Source: a virus (Duplodnaviria; Caudoviricetes). Taken from it: DNA of 64,000 nt. Numbering within the stretch: the first letter of the stretch is position 1; every line of letters starts with the position of its first letter. Under the pieces are notes generated by a model. It saw only the letters and a program-made list of their open reading frames with translations, was not told the origin of the DNA and did not search any database. The stretch is taken from the IMG/VR virus record IMGVR_UViG_3300021399_000002, positions 64,001 to 128,000 of that record; one strand, written 5' to 3'. This document shows positions 17,391 through 29,144 of the stretch, in pieces. The position numbers were made by a program, and so were the translations under genes.

Positions 17391-17416
17391 TTGAAATACA
17401 TATTGATGAAGAGAAG

Positions 17417-17442
17417 GCCATCTATTTTAGATGGCTATTTTT
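17417..17442 (+). terminator. probable intrinsic terminator
   Basis: GCCATCTA/TAGATGGC then TATTTTT. Confidence 0.55.
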
Positions 17443-17457
17443 ATTGGAGGTGAGAAG

Positions 17458-20355
17458 ATGGGACAAAATTTATTTAAATCTATTGGTAATCTAGCTTATT
17501 ATCATGGATGGAGTCCAAATTATTTTTATTTTAATTCATTAACTGCAATTTCAAATATTAATACTGCATAGACTGGATTTGGTAGTCCCACCGCTGCAGC
17601 AGTCCGAGCAAAATAGGCCATACGAGATGCTGAATCTCACGCCAATTTCAATAATTTATCAGAAGATGATGCGACAACTCAAATGCTATCTCGTTTTTAG
17701 AATATTATTACTTTTTTACGAATGGCTTATAATATGGAATTATAGAATGAATAGGCTTTTTTTAAACGTAAATATACTGAATTTAAATCTCAATTTAGTT
17801 CAGATGCAGATAAAATTGCTCCATTAACAGAATTGTTAGATATGTTTAAAGACTATAAAGAAGATTCTTTTGATTATGCTAAATTTATTACTTTAATTAA
17901 TATTATTATGATGGGTTTAGATAAAACTAAAACAATTGCTTTTCATGAACAATAGCATATTAAATCTATTAATAGTCAAATTGAAGAAATGATTAAAAGT
18001 AGATAGCAGCAAGTTAGCGGTTTAGCAGATAAGTAGAAAGTAAGTGCAGAAAAAAAAGCTAAAATGATAGAAAACGCTACTCAAAAAGTAAAGAAAAATA
18101 TTACAGTTGAATACCTTAATAGTGCTAATTTAACTAGTGGTAAATGGCAAAATGGAAAGTTTAAATATCATTTATGGGGAGCAAAAAAATATTTTGGTAA
18201 TATAGAAAAAACTATAGATTAGGAAGTAGCTAAATGGGTCACAGATACTGTCAATATTGTTATTAATGATAAAAAAATGTTATAGGCATTAGCCACCTAT
18301 TTATAGACAGCTTATCCTCAAGCTACACAATTTTCTGAATTAGAAGCAGAAATCAAACGAATGATAATTACCTCTATTTAGGAATATGGACTAAGAAATT
18401 TAAGTAAAATATTGTCGGCCAATATTACAAAAAAAGCTACAAAAGAAATTGTAAAAGAGATAATTAATGATCCTAATATATTTGATACTATTCATAATTA
18501 TAGAATTGACGGTTTATATAATAATTATGGACAATTAGGAAAAGTATCTAAATTATTAGAAAATGCTACTACAATTAAAGATTTAGAAGACCCTAAAAAT
18601 AAAGGCGATGGATTATTCCAAGCAATTTCTGATATAATTGCTTGGTCAAAACAAAAATCTAAATAGGCAACTTTAACAGAAGAATAGACTTTATTATAGC
18701 AAGTATTAGAAGCCAGCGGGTCATGGGATAAAATTACTGAATTAGATAATATGATTCATAGACTTTTAACATTGGATGCTGAAATGCGTAAACGATAGAA
18801 CGCAGTAGACCAATAGTTTACTGATATAGAAACGGCTATTTTAGAAGAAGATGGTATATTTTTAGGAAAAGATGCAGAAGGCTCTTCTGTATATATAACT
18901 TTTGAAATTAAAGATGGACAAGTACAAGTTAAAGGAGATATAAAAGAACTAGTTAGTCGTACTAAAGCTTTTTAGGAACTAGGTATAAAACAACTAAATA
19001 CAAATAAAATTAATAGTATTACTGGCGTATTAAAACGTAAAGCTACAGCCAATTTACGTACTGCTTTAATTAATGGATTAAATGCCACAATGGAAGGAGC
19101 TTTACAAAGAAAGTTTGAAGATGAGGGAGTACTATTAAGACAAATTAAATAGGGGCTAGAAAATATGCATATTTCTATAGGTGGCCCAAAATTATCTGAG
19201 TTAGCAAGTGCATTAGAATTTCGGCGAGTGGGGAATGATTTAATTGTAGACTGGACCGGTGCAGCAAATGGAAAAAATGACGTTATTACTATTTCTGTAA
19301 ATACTGATAATGTATCTAAAAATTTAAATTTAGATATGAATACTATTATATCTGATTCTTTAGATCTTAATATAGAAGAATCATTAATAAATGCTCGTAA
19401 TAATTTTATTAGAGAATGGCATACTAGTGTTACTAAAGCTATTGGACAATTTGGTACAAGTACTGATAGATAGCGTTATAAAAAAATTGCCCAATAGTTT
19501 TTAACTATGTCAAGAAAACGATTAGAAAGAGATGAAAAAATCAATACTGCTTATGATGATTTAAAAAAAGCCTGGCTTAAATATAAAAAATATTTATAGG
19601 AAACTTTAAATGATGAAACGAAAATAGCCGAACTAGAGAAAAAATTTCTAGACGCATTAAGTGATTCTTTTTATGTTTCTACTACAGTAAAAACATATTA
19701 GACATATGTAAATGATATAGGATTTCACGGTGGTAGTCTAGGTGGTAATTTAGATGACTAGCTCGCGCGTATAGCTAGTATTTTTGCTATGGGAGGAATT
19801 TCAATTAAAGATGATTTAAAATGGTTACGTTCCGCTATTCTTAACTGTTCTCCTGTAAGTATTGTTAAAGAAAAAAATAAAAATTTAATTGAAGATTATT
19901 TAGGAAGCGTCGCTGCTTTAGCATTATTTGATGAAGGTGGTGCAGAAGCAAAAATTGTATCAGCAATTTTAAAGTAGACATAGAATAGCGTTAATAAAAT
20001 TGCTACTACACCAGATATTTTACATTTATATCGAACTAATACATTGTATGTCCCAGGTTCATATATTTTATAGTAGATATTATTACATCTTGAAAATGAC
20101 GTTATTCCTAATATACAAAAAATCCCTACGGTTATGAAACGTGGCGCAGGAGTTGTTATTATTAATAAAGCAAACGAGTCTATGATTGGTAATCGTCCAA
20201 TTCATACGACAGAGCACCCTTCAAAAAGTGTATGGACAATAACAGGCTAGACAGTAGCAGATAGTATTGATATTTAGATTTTATTTTTAGCTGGCTTACT
20301 AGATATTGTTAAAGGAATAAATGAATCTTTAGGAAATCTTGAATTCGCTGGATAA
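17458..20355 (+). CDS. 965-aa hypothetical protein with about 30 in-frame TAG=Gln codons
   Basis: GGAGG RBS; no TAA/TGA in frame for 965 codons; track fragments 18412, 19165 and 19789 share this frame. Confidence 0.9.
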
Positions 20356-20407
20356 AAATATAACCGTAATACGGTTTAAATAAAATTTTCCCAAGGAGGT
20401 GATACCA

Positions 20408-20839
20408 ATGGGGTGGATTGTAGATTTTTTTAAAAATTTTAAAAATCGTTATGAAAGCCAAATTATTCGTAATCAAAAAATGGATGAATTCCTTTCTGGC
20501 GCGAGAGATAATTGCATAAATATAGAACGCATTAGTCATAATATGAATACCATGCAAAACTCTATTGAAAAAATAGATAATAAAGTAAATAAAATTACAG
20601 ATGATATTGATCATATTAATGGGCGTTTAGAAGTCATTGGAAAAGGCACTAAAATGGAATTATTTGATACGCTATATAATTGGAAAAAAATTTTAGTCGA
20701 TGATCGGGGTTGGGCTAGTCCAGCAGAAAAAAAAGAAATAACTCATATTTATGAAGTATACCATGATGAATTAGGTGGTAATGGTCAAGGAGAATTATAC
20801 TATCAATAGATTATGAAATTACCAGAAGAAAAGATTTGA
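20408..20839 (+). CDS. coiled-coil protein with LGGNG motif (often found near lysis genes); one TAG
   Basis: AAGGAGGT RBS; Y..LGGNG...QIMKLP completed by TAG read-through. Confidence 0.65.
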
Positions 20840-20864
20840 CTTTTTACTTAAATTCATGTATAAT
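20836..20864 (+). promoter_or_regulatory. sigmaA-type promoter
   Basis: TTGACT-17-TATAAT. Confidence 0.75.
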
Positions 20865-20892
20865 TAATTTAAGTAAAAAGGAGGATATTATA

Positions 20893-21408
20893 ATGCAAGA
20901 GAAAAGAAGCAAAGCACAAATTTCACAATTAGAGATTTATACAGATGGTTCCTGCAAAAAAATTGGGAACACTATGACATTTGGTGGCTGGAGCTTCATT
21001 GCTCTTCGTGGTGGTGAAAGAATCTATGAAGTTGCCGGTAGTGAATATGGGACCACTAATCAGCGTATGGAGTTATTAGCGATACGCAATGCCTTAGAAT
21101 TTGCACAAAAAAATCGGCACATTAATGAAAGCGTTGTAATTTATAGTGATTCTGCTTATGCAATCAATTGCTACTCTCAAGGATGGTATGTAAATTGGGA
21201 AAAAAATGGTTGGACTACTTCTAAAGGAGAAGATGTAGCTAATCAAGATCTTTGGATAGATATTGTTCCTTATTTTGATAATTTTTGGTATCACTTTTCT
21301 AAAGTAAAAGGACATGGTAATAATTTTTGGAATAATGAATGTGATAGATTAGCACAATTACAATCACAAACATTAAAAGAAAATTTTAAAGGAGAACAAA
21401 ATGAATAA
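20893..21408 (+). CDS. rnhA: ribonuclease HI
   Basis: IYTDGS, TTNQRMEL, SDSAY, NQDLW, KVKGH, NECDRLA. Confidence 0.95.
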   Translation: MQEKRSKAQISQLEIYTDGSCKKIGNTMTFGGWSFIALRGGERIYEVAGSEYGTTNQRMELLAIRNALEFAQKNRHINESVVIYSDSAYAINCYSQGWYVNWEKNGWTTSKGEDVANQDLWIDIVPYFDNFWYHFSKVKGHGNNFWNNECDRLAQLQSQTLKENFKGEQNE

Positions 21409-21721
21409 TGACATATATGAAGTCAGTAGAGATGAATATGCTGGATTTATAGCTTAGTTAAATAAAGATAAATGCACAGTTGAACAGTTATATGAAGATA
21501 ATAAAACATTATTTAAAATTTTTAGTAAATCAACTGGCACGCATCTTACAACTAGAATTATTTCTGATAACGGACTAGAACATTATTATATTTTTAATAT
21601 GCCTCTAGATGAAGAAAGGATACCAGCTAAACCAGTATAGAAAATTACTCTAGAGACAAAAGAAGAAGTTTAGGCATTTTTTAATATATTAAATAAACTT
21701 TAGGAGAAAAAACATGATTGA
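21401..21721 (+). CDS. hypothetical protein (4 TAG=Gln)
   Basis: AAGGAG RBS; open only under code 15, overlaps both neighbours. Confidence 0.75.
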
Positions 21722-21923
21722 AGTATTTAAAGATATTAAAAAAGAAGTTAAACAAGCGGCAGAAACTGCTTGGTTTATTGCTTTAAAACAAAATAATCCA
21801 GCTACTGCCGCTACTTTTTTAAATACTGTAACAAATTATTATAATAAAATTCTTTCTAAAGAAGAAAGAGAATATTTACAGTTTTATTTTAATCTTAAAA
21901 TGATGGAGGAACAAAACAAGTGA
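21714..21923 (+). CDS. hypothetical protein
   Basis: AGGAG RBS. Confidence 0.65.
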   Translation: MIEVFKDIKKEVKQAAETAWFIALKQNNPATAATFLNTVTNYYNKILSKEEREYLQFYFNLKMMEEQNK

Positions 21924-22480
21924 ATTGTACTTTAGTTCTTAGCGGCAAATCTGGTTGCGGAAAAGATTAGTTTGCTAATTTTATAAAAGAAATATTAACA
22001 GCACATAATAAGCGTACTATTGTTATACATTATGCTGATGTATTAAAATTTTTTTTAAAAGAATTTTATAACTGGGATGGACAAAAAGATGCTATAGGGC
22101 GATCCTTACTATAGGGAGTAGGAACAGATCAAGTGCGCGCGCATAATCCTGATTACTGGACACATGTCGTAGTTGATTTTCTAAAAGCTATTGAAGATTA
22201 TAGTGATTTTGATGTCGCTATTATTCCAGATGGAAGGTTTGAAAATGAAATTAACATTGCGCTTTCTACTCTAAATAATTGTTATAGTATTAGAATTGAA
22301 AGAACTAATGAAGATGGAACTCCTTGGGTTAATCCAACGCTTACCGAAGATTAGTTAAAGCATCCTAGTGAAACATCTTTAGATATATTCGGATGGGATT
22401 ATATTATACATAATGATAAAGATTTAGAATAGCTAAAATCAAGTGCTGAAACATTATTAAAAGATTTAAAGTTGATTTAA
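21920..22480 (+). CDS. deoxynucleoside monophosphate kinase (TAG=Gln)
   Basis: SGKSGCGKD, R.LL(TAG)GVGTD = LLQ..GT motif, D.RF.NE, H.SE. Confidence 0.85.
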
Positions 22481-22499
22481 TAAATATAAGGAGAATAAT

Positions 22500-23684
22500 A
22501 TGTTATTAAGAGAATTAGAGCCAGAAAAGTATTGGAGTTTTCCATCTTCCTATACTCGTGAAAAACGAGAACTAGAACTTAATAATATGATTACTTCAGG
22601 TCTTTATAGTTTTCAATTGAAAACTGATGGCAATTATTCAGCTTTTATTTGTGATATGGATGGCGATAAAAGAATTATTAGCCGCGGCATAAGCACTACT
22701 ACTAAAGAGTATGGCCGTATAGAAGATCGTTTATTCTTTTTTGATGCAGTTGCTTCTGCTTTTGATAAGCCAACACGCATTATGGCAGAAGTATATTATG
22801 ATACAGGTATTGATAGAAATGTTGGTTCGGTTTTACGCGCAAGTCCAATTAAATCCAAAAGTATTCAAGATGAAAAGTTTTATATGGAAGCAATGAAGAC
22901 TACTAAATTTTCCGCAAAAGATCGCCGTGATGTTGAAAATAATGAATTTTATAATAAAAAATTAAAATGGCGAATTTTTGACATATGGTATTATGATGGA
23001 GAAAGCTTAATGAATACTCCTTGGATTGAGCGTCAAAAATATGTTGAAGCCGCCGCAAAACGCATCAATCATCCTTTAGTTACATATGTTCATTCTTATC
23101 CTATGGATGAATCTTTTTATGATAAACTTAATATGATATTCGCGGCAAATGGAGAAGGAGTAGTATGCTATAAAAATTCAAGTTTACCAGAGCCTGGTAA
23201 ACGCACAGCTCATAAAACATTAAAAGTAAAGCGTGAATTAGAGCATTTAATTGATTGCGTCATTACCGGGATTGAACCAGCTACTATAGATTATACAGGT
23301 AAAGATGTAGGAAATTGGCAATATTGGCAAGATACTCGCACTGGAGAAAAAATTATTGGACAATTTTTTGGAGATTACCAAAGTGGCAAATCTATTAAAC
23401 CTATTAGTAGAGGCGCGTATATGGGATGGCCCGGCGCAATTTATGTAAGCGTATATAATGATAGCCAGCAACTAATACAATTGTGTAAGGTAGCTAATCT
23501 TACTGATGATTTTAAAGAAAGTTTAAAAAATAATTTTAATGATTGGTATCTATGCCCCGTAACTATTGGAGGTATGGCTATTAGTGAAGCTACAGGATTA
23601 AGTATTCGTCATCCATACTTAAAATCTATCCGTAAAGGCGATTTAAATCCTGAAGATTGTACCCTATCAAAAATTTATAACTAA
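22500..23684 (+). CDS. ATP-dependent DNA ligase
   Basis: KTDGN adenylation motif, FDI, EGVV, LKVK, SIRHP. Confidence 0.8.
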   Translation: MLLRELEPEKYWSFPSSYTREKRELELNNMITSGLYSFQLKTDGNYSAFICDMDGDKRIISRGISTTTKEYGRIEDRLFFFDAVASAFDKPTRIMAEVYYDTGIDRNVGSVLRASPIKSKSIQDEKFYMEAMKTTKFSAKDRRDVENNEFYNKKLKWRIFDIWYYDGESLMNTPWIERQKYVEAAAKRINHPLVTYVHSYPMDESFYDKLNMIFAANGEGVVCYKNSSLPEPGKRTAHKTLKVKRELEHLIDCVITGIEPATIDYTGKDVGNWQYWQDTRTGEKIIGQFFGDYQSGKSIKPISRGAYMGWPGAIYVSVYNDSQQLIQLCKVANLTDDFKESLKNNFNDWYLCPVTIGGMAISEATGLSIRHPYLKSIRKGDLNPEDCTLSKIYN

Positions 23685-23715
23685 GCCCTATTTTTATAGG
23701 AGCTGAGGAGGAATT

Positions 23716-24330
23716 ATGGATTTAGAAGAATTATTAGCAGATATTTGGGATAAAGTTCATACAACTGAATTAAGTCCGGCTATGTATTAGTATTATAATC
23801 AATTATTAAATCATAGGACAATTTTATTAAACGATGATATTACGGAAAATATTATAGAGTATGTATATTTGCCTCTTCGTGATTTTGAACAAGATGAGTC
23901 TAATGAACCTGTGACACTTATTCTAAATAGTAGCGGTGGTTCTGTATCAGATGGCTTTTTCCTTGCTCATTATATTTCTCATTACTCTAAACCATTAAAT
24001 ATTATTGTATTAGGATATGCTTGTTCTATGGCTACATTATTACTCGCCGCTGGCGGAAAAAATGAAAATATAATACGTAGTTGTTATCCATGTTCATATT
24101 GTCTGATTCATGATGGATATGTAGCTCTTGCTGCAGCAGAAGCAAAAACTGCTAATGATATTATGGCTTTTAATAATGAAGTAGATAAATAGATTTGTTA
24201 GTTTTTTTTAGATAATACTAATATTACTAAAGAGGAATATGATACTCATGCTCGTCATCAATGGTTTCTATTCGCAAAAGAAATGAAAGAGAAAAATTTA
24301 ATGGATACTATTATCGGGCAAGAGGAGTGA
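23716..24330 (+). CDS. ClpP-like serine protease (TAG=Gln)
   Basis: LNSSGGSV, ACSMA, LIHD; 204 aa under code 15. Confidence 0.8.
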
Positions 24331-24335
24331 TATTT

Positions 24336-25574
24336 ATGATAACTCACTGGGCAGATACTTCAGCTATTTTACATTAGCCAGAATTATTAAAAACGCTAGA
24401 AACAATAGCAATTAGTACTATTACATTATCTGAATTAGAACATATCAAAACTTCTACAACAGAGCATGATAATATAAAATTCCTCGCTAGAGAAACAATT
24501 AGAGAAATATTACTTACTAATAAAGTACAAGTTATTATGAACGATAATAAAAAAATTGATAAGTTATTAAAAAAATATTCTTTTTTAAGTGATATTAATG
24601 ACCATCGAATTTTATGTTCTGCAGAATTAACTGCAATAGAGCAAGGTAATAGTATTAATTTTTACACTAATGATGCTATACAATATTTATTTGCATAGAA
24701 ATTACCTCATTTACACGCCATTTGTACATTAAATTATAATATAAAAACTAATATAATGGATGATTGGGCAGGATGGAGTAAATACTGGCCTGATGAAAAT
24801 GAAATGAATCTTTTATATAGCGATCCTAAAATAAATGTATTAAAAGCAAAAACCAATGAATTTTGTAAAATTTATGAAGGAGCTGACTTAAAAGATGTAT
24901 TATTTTGGTCAGGAAGTGAGTATCGTCCTTTAAAATATAAAGAATTTTCTTCTCCGACCGGAGAGCGTATAGTGCCTAGAAATATTGAACAAAAAATATA
25001 TTTAGATATATTACAAAATGATGCTATTCCTATTAAATTATGTATAGGAAGATTTGGGACTGGAAAATCTATGTTTGCTGAAACCTGGGCCGCGCATCAA
25101 TTACAATATGGAAAATTTGATAAAATTGTCTTTGTTAAAAATAATCTAGAAGTTAAAGGCGCGGGAAAGTTAGGTATTTTACCAGGGGATGAAATTGATA
25201 AGTAGTATCCATGGCTGCGTCAAATTGAAGATCATTTAGGGCCTCAACTATTTGAAGAATATTTAAATGAAGGACGCTTAGAACCAGCGCATCTTTCTAC
25301 ATTAAGAGGACGAGATTTAAAAAATTCAATTATTTTAGTAGATGAAGCAGAAAACTTATTAACAACAAATATCTAGCTATTACTCGGTCGAGTCGCATCG
25401 GGCAGCTAGATTATTTTTTGTGCTGATATTAAATAGTGTGATTATAAAAATATTGAAATGAGTGGTATTCCACGACTTATAAACAGCCTTGCTGGGAATC
25501 CATTATTTGGAATGGTTAAATTAATTAAAACTGAACGCAGCGCCGTTGCGGCAACAGCTGACCTTTTAGATTAA
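24336..25574 (+). CDS. phoH: PIN-PhoH (PhoH2-like) protein (TAG=Gln)
   Basis: PIN motifs DTS, ELE, ND..I, TND; GRFGTGKS, G.LPG, RGR, DEAEN, AD.K(TAG)CD. Confidence 0.85.
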
Positions 25575-25593
25575 TAAATAAGAAGGTGATAAA

Positions 25594-26694
25594 ATGCATA
25601 TTATAACTAAATAGGGCAATTTAGATAATGTATTAACTTATGAACATATATGTGATACAGCATCTGATATGAATTCAATTGATAAATAGTATATAACACT
25701 TGGCTCAGTTTGTATTGTTCTTACTGGCGAAAATGGCAGTATGGAAGTATATATGGCTGATTCAAATCAGTAGTGGCATGATATTATGGTAGCGACTGGC
25801 GGCGAAGGTAGCGGCAGTAGTAGCATCGACACTAGTACACTTACGACTCTTCTCGCGCCAATGCGTGTCTCTTCTTTAGAGCCATCTAAACTCCTATCTA
25901 GCAACATAATCGAGGCTATTGGTACTCCAACCTATGTAGAAGATATTACACAATATTCCGCCTACGGAATAATAGATACTGGATGGTATGTCTTTAGCCG
26001 CATTAGCGCGCCTGAAAGTACCACCGTTAGTGCTTCTACTACTATAACCGGCGCGGATGGATATATACTAACAACTGGCGCGAATTATATTGACATTGCA
26101 ATTCGCTTTGATGTTGCTGCAACTTCTAAAACTGTTACTATCAATTGGGGTTCAAAAGAAGAAACTTTTATCTTTAAAGCTACAGATTTAGCTATTAACA
26201 ATTTAGATTATCGTGTTACTTTTTACGTATATGATGTAGATGACTATCTTACTTGGGAATATGGCTTAACTACTGATACAACTTTTGTTGCAGACAAAGC
26301 CTATTACACTCTATCTGGCACAGAATATGTCGCAGCAGAGGTTATCGCAGGAGAAGCAATTCCAGAAAATACATATTATAATCATACTAAAGTAATCTTT
26401 TAGGGCCTTACGCCTAATATTACATATAAATGTAATACAATTATTGACTGTCCGATGGAGTTCATCTTACCTACTGTAGATAATGATACACACGGTTGTT
26501 GGTTTGAGATAAGATGCCGTCATAATGGCTCTTATAGTATGACCTTAACACCACCTGATGATACTGTTAAAATTGCAACTGAGCATACGCAAGCAGAAAC
26601 TAAAGGTTTAAACATGATAAATTTACACTATACTAATGTATGTGGCGTAAAGCTATGGCGCTTTATGAATACACACTCTACTATTCCAGCATAA
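25594..26694 (+). CDS. Thr/Ser-rich, probably virion-associated protein (4 TAG=Gln)
   Basis: Joins track fragments 25786 and 26455 into 366 aa; beta-rich composition. Confidence 0.65.
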
Positions 26695-26707
26695 GGGGTG
26701 ATAATTA

Positions 26708-27073
26708 ATGACTTGGGTATATGAAAAACAAAGAGAAGATGGCACTATTGAACATTGCCCTATGAATGATATGGATGGTTCCATTACTGGGAAAATTATT
26801 TTAGGCGTTAAACAATGGTTTGATGAAAATCCAGATGAATATAAGGCGCGAGGATGGATTAAACATATTTAGCATACAAATGAGGAAATAAAAGAAATCG
26901 TAGGAAATTATAATCCTTAGACGCAATATATTACTACAACACAAAAAATGATTGATGAATATACAATAGAAGATACTTATAGTGTTAGAGATAAAAGTGA
27001 AGAAATGTTATTATTTGAAGAACTAGCCAATACTTTAGGAATAGGCAGCAGTATTTTTAACTGGGAGGTTTAA
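26708..27073 (+). CDS. hypothetical protein (2 TAG=Gln)
   Basis: GGGGTGA RBS; 121 aa under code 15. Confidence 0.7.
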
Positions 27074-27077
27074 CAAT

Positions 27078-27248
27078 ATGATACGAGAAATAAATATGAT
27101 GGCGCATATTTAGGCTGAAAAAGAAAAAGAGATTGAGCGCAAACTAGAAGGTAATTCATTAGATTTAAATGAAGAAAGTAATGCTCTCGCCGCAGGTAAG
27201 CGTTTTACGTTCGATATTATTGATACTCCAGTTGACCCGCTACGATAA
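27078..27248 (+). CDS. small hypothetical protein (1 TAG=Gln)
   Basis: GGAGG RBS; 56 aa. Confidence 0.55.
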
Positions 27249-27260
27249 GGGGGAATGTAA

Positions 27261-27734
27261 ATGTTTAATATTACACCTGTAGTTTCTTCACATCCCTCTG
27301 ATTGCGGTGCAACATGTTTAAAAATGTTATTGTCTTATTATAATATTGAGGCAGACTTAGCTACTTTAATTGAAGAGTGTAATACTACTTTGATAGGATG
27401 TAGTGCAAAAGATATAAATACAGCTGGAAGAAAATATGGACTTAATATGAAGGCATTTAAAATGGATGCTGAAGAAGTTGTGCGGCAAGACCGTCCCAGT
27501 GTCATATGGTGGAAGCATAACCACTTTGTTATATGTTGCGGTCGAGATTCAAATGATAAAATAGTTGTTATTAATCCAGATTTGGGACAATATCGTATGA
27601 CATTTGGCACGTTTAAAAGTCTATATTCTAATATAGCTTTATATAATGGTGACCCTGAAGATATAATAGAATCAGCTGATGCTTCATCAGAAGATTATAT
27701 TGAAGCACTTCAAATGTTGGGGGTGGAAGTATGA
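27261..27734 (+). CDS. stand-alone peptidase C39-like protein
   Basis: DCGATCL.M, HFVI, INPD.G. Confidence 0.8.
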   Translation: MFNITPVVSSHPSDCGATCLKMLLSYYNIEADLATLIEECNTTLIGCSAKDINTAGRKYGLNMKAFKMDAEEVVRQDRPSVIWWKHNHFVICCGRDSNDKIVVINPDLGQYRMTFGTFKSLYSNIALYNGDPEDIIESADASSEDYIEALQMLGVEV

Positions 27735-28132
27735 CACGAGAAGAACTTATCACTGCAGTTCGTTCACGAATTGCATAGATGAATACTATACTTACTACTC
27801 TTACAGATGAAACTGCATTAGAGAGTGCAGTACTTTTCCCTGTATGGCATCAGGGTGAGACCTATGAAATGGGCGCACGAATGCGATATAATGATAAATT
27901 ATATCGTGTAGTACAAACACATACTTCTCAACTTGGCTGGGAGCCAGATATTACTCCTGCATTATTTACTGAAATTACTATGCCAGGTACTATTGCTGAA
28001 TGGAAGCAGCCTACAGGTGCACAAGACGCTTATAATACAGGAGATAAAGTAATGTATAATAATCAAATTTGGGAGTCAACCGTGGATAATAATGTGTGGC
28101 AACCCGGAGTATATGGATGGATAGTTATTTAA
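27731..28132 (+). CDS. CBM5/12-like carbohydrate-binding domain protein (1 TAG=Gln)
   Basis: W..G..Y..G..Y...LY...Q.HTS and W.QPTGA.DAY..GDKV...DNNVW.PG.YGW. Confidence 0.75.
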
Positions 28133-28137
28133 TTTAA

Positions 28138-28161
28138 GGGCGCGAAAGCGCCCATTTTTTT
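28138..28161 (+). terminator. intrinsic terminator
   Basis: GGGCGC-GAAA-GCGCCC then T7. Confidence 0.85.
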
Positions 28162-28163
28162 AT

Positions 28164-28192
28164 TTGACTTTTTTTCAAACTCATGATATAAT
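28164..28192 (+). promoter_or_regulatory. sigmaA-type promoter
   Basis: TTGACT-17-TATAAT with TG. Confidence 0.8.
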
Positions 28193-28220
28193 AAAGAAAA
28201 AAGTTATAGGAGGAATTTAT

Positions 28221-28394
28221 ATGTCCGAACAACATACAATTTATGACGATATGATTGATGAGTACTTCAATCGTCATCCAGATGCAGGACTCGCTTGGTG
28301 GATGCTGCCACTAAAAGAGCAGCCCGAAGGTTTTAAGCTAGAGATGTATGATATTCTATGGGATTTAACACATAAGGAGAATAAAGATGAATAA
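28221..28394 (+). CDS. hypothetical protein
   Basis: AGGAGG RBS. Confidence 0.65.
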   Translation: MSEQHTIYDDMIDEYFNRHPDAGLAWWMLPLKEQPEGFKLEMYDILWDLTHKENKDE

Positions 28395-28446
28395 AGAACC
28401 TCTTGGATATTTGGGTGGAGATAGTTATGATAAAACAATAGCATAA
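28387..28446 (+). pseudogene. orphaned original 5' end of the deoxyribosyltransferase-like gene
   Basis: MNKEPLGYLGGD versus MEQKRPLGYLAGG at 29145; has its own AAGGAG RBS. Confidence 0.75.
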
Positions 28447-29143
28447 TTCTATTATTATACGCGAAGCTACAATAGAAGATATTTTACAATATAAACGTGG
28501 TAAAAAAGAAGTTAATCCAAAAGATTATTATTTATGTCAATGTGATTGCGGAAATTATTGGTGTCCATCTAAATTAAATTATAGAAAAGGAAAGTCTACT
28601 AGTTGTGGAAAACATTCTAATGATGATAGAATAATAAATGAAATCGGTAATATATATGGAGAATTAACTGTTATAAGCGAAGCGCCCACTCCAAATAAAA
28701 ACACTGACCATCATAAATATTGGCTTTGTTTATGTTCATGCGGCAACACAACCGTTGTCGCAGGAAGGGATTTAAGAGCAGGAAAAGTTAATAGCTGCGG
28801 ATGTATTAGGTCAAAAGGTATGTTAAAAATAACAAACATATTATCTGATAATAACATTCAATTTATTTCAGAATATAAGTTCCCAGATTTTCTTACAGAT
28901 AAATTATCTCCATATAGATTTGATTGGGGCATCATAAAAAATCATAAATTATTCTGTTTATTAGAGTATGACGGTGAACAACATTTCGATAAAACAAATA
29001 CTTGGTATAGAGAAGGAATAGATGAAATTAAAAATGAATATTGTAAAACTTATAATATTCCGCTATATCGTATTTCCTATAAAGAATATAATCAATTAAA
29101 TATTGATTATATAAAAAATCTTATACATTATGAGGAGAAATAA
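28427..29143 (+). CDS. putative homing endonuclease: Cys-rich repeats plus DUF559/Vsr-like nuclease (TAG at codon 5)
   Basis: Two C.C.CG...SCG repeats; RFD, EYDGEQH, D..KN.YC, L.RI.Y. Confidence 0.8.
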
Positions 29144-29144
29144 T

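Noticed and set aside
17458-28132. Apparent field of pseudogenes or degraded DNA
   Set aside because: The interruptions are exclusively TAG and frames are preserved; code 15 explains them.
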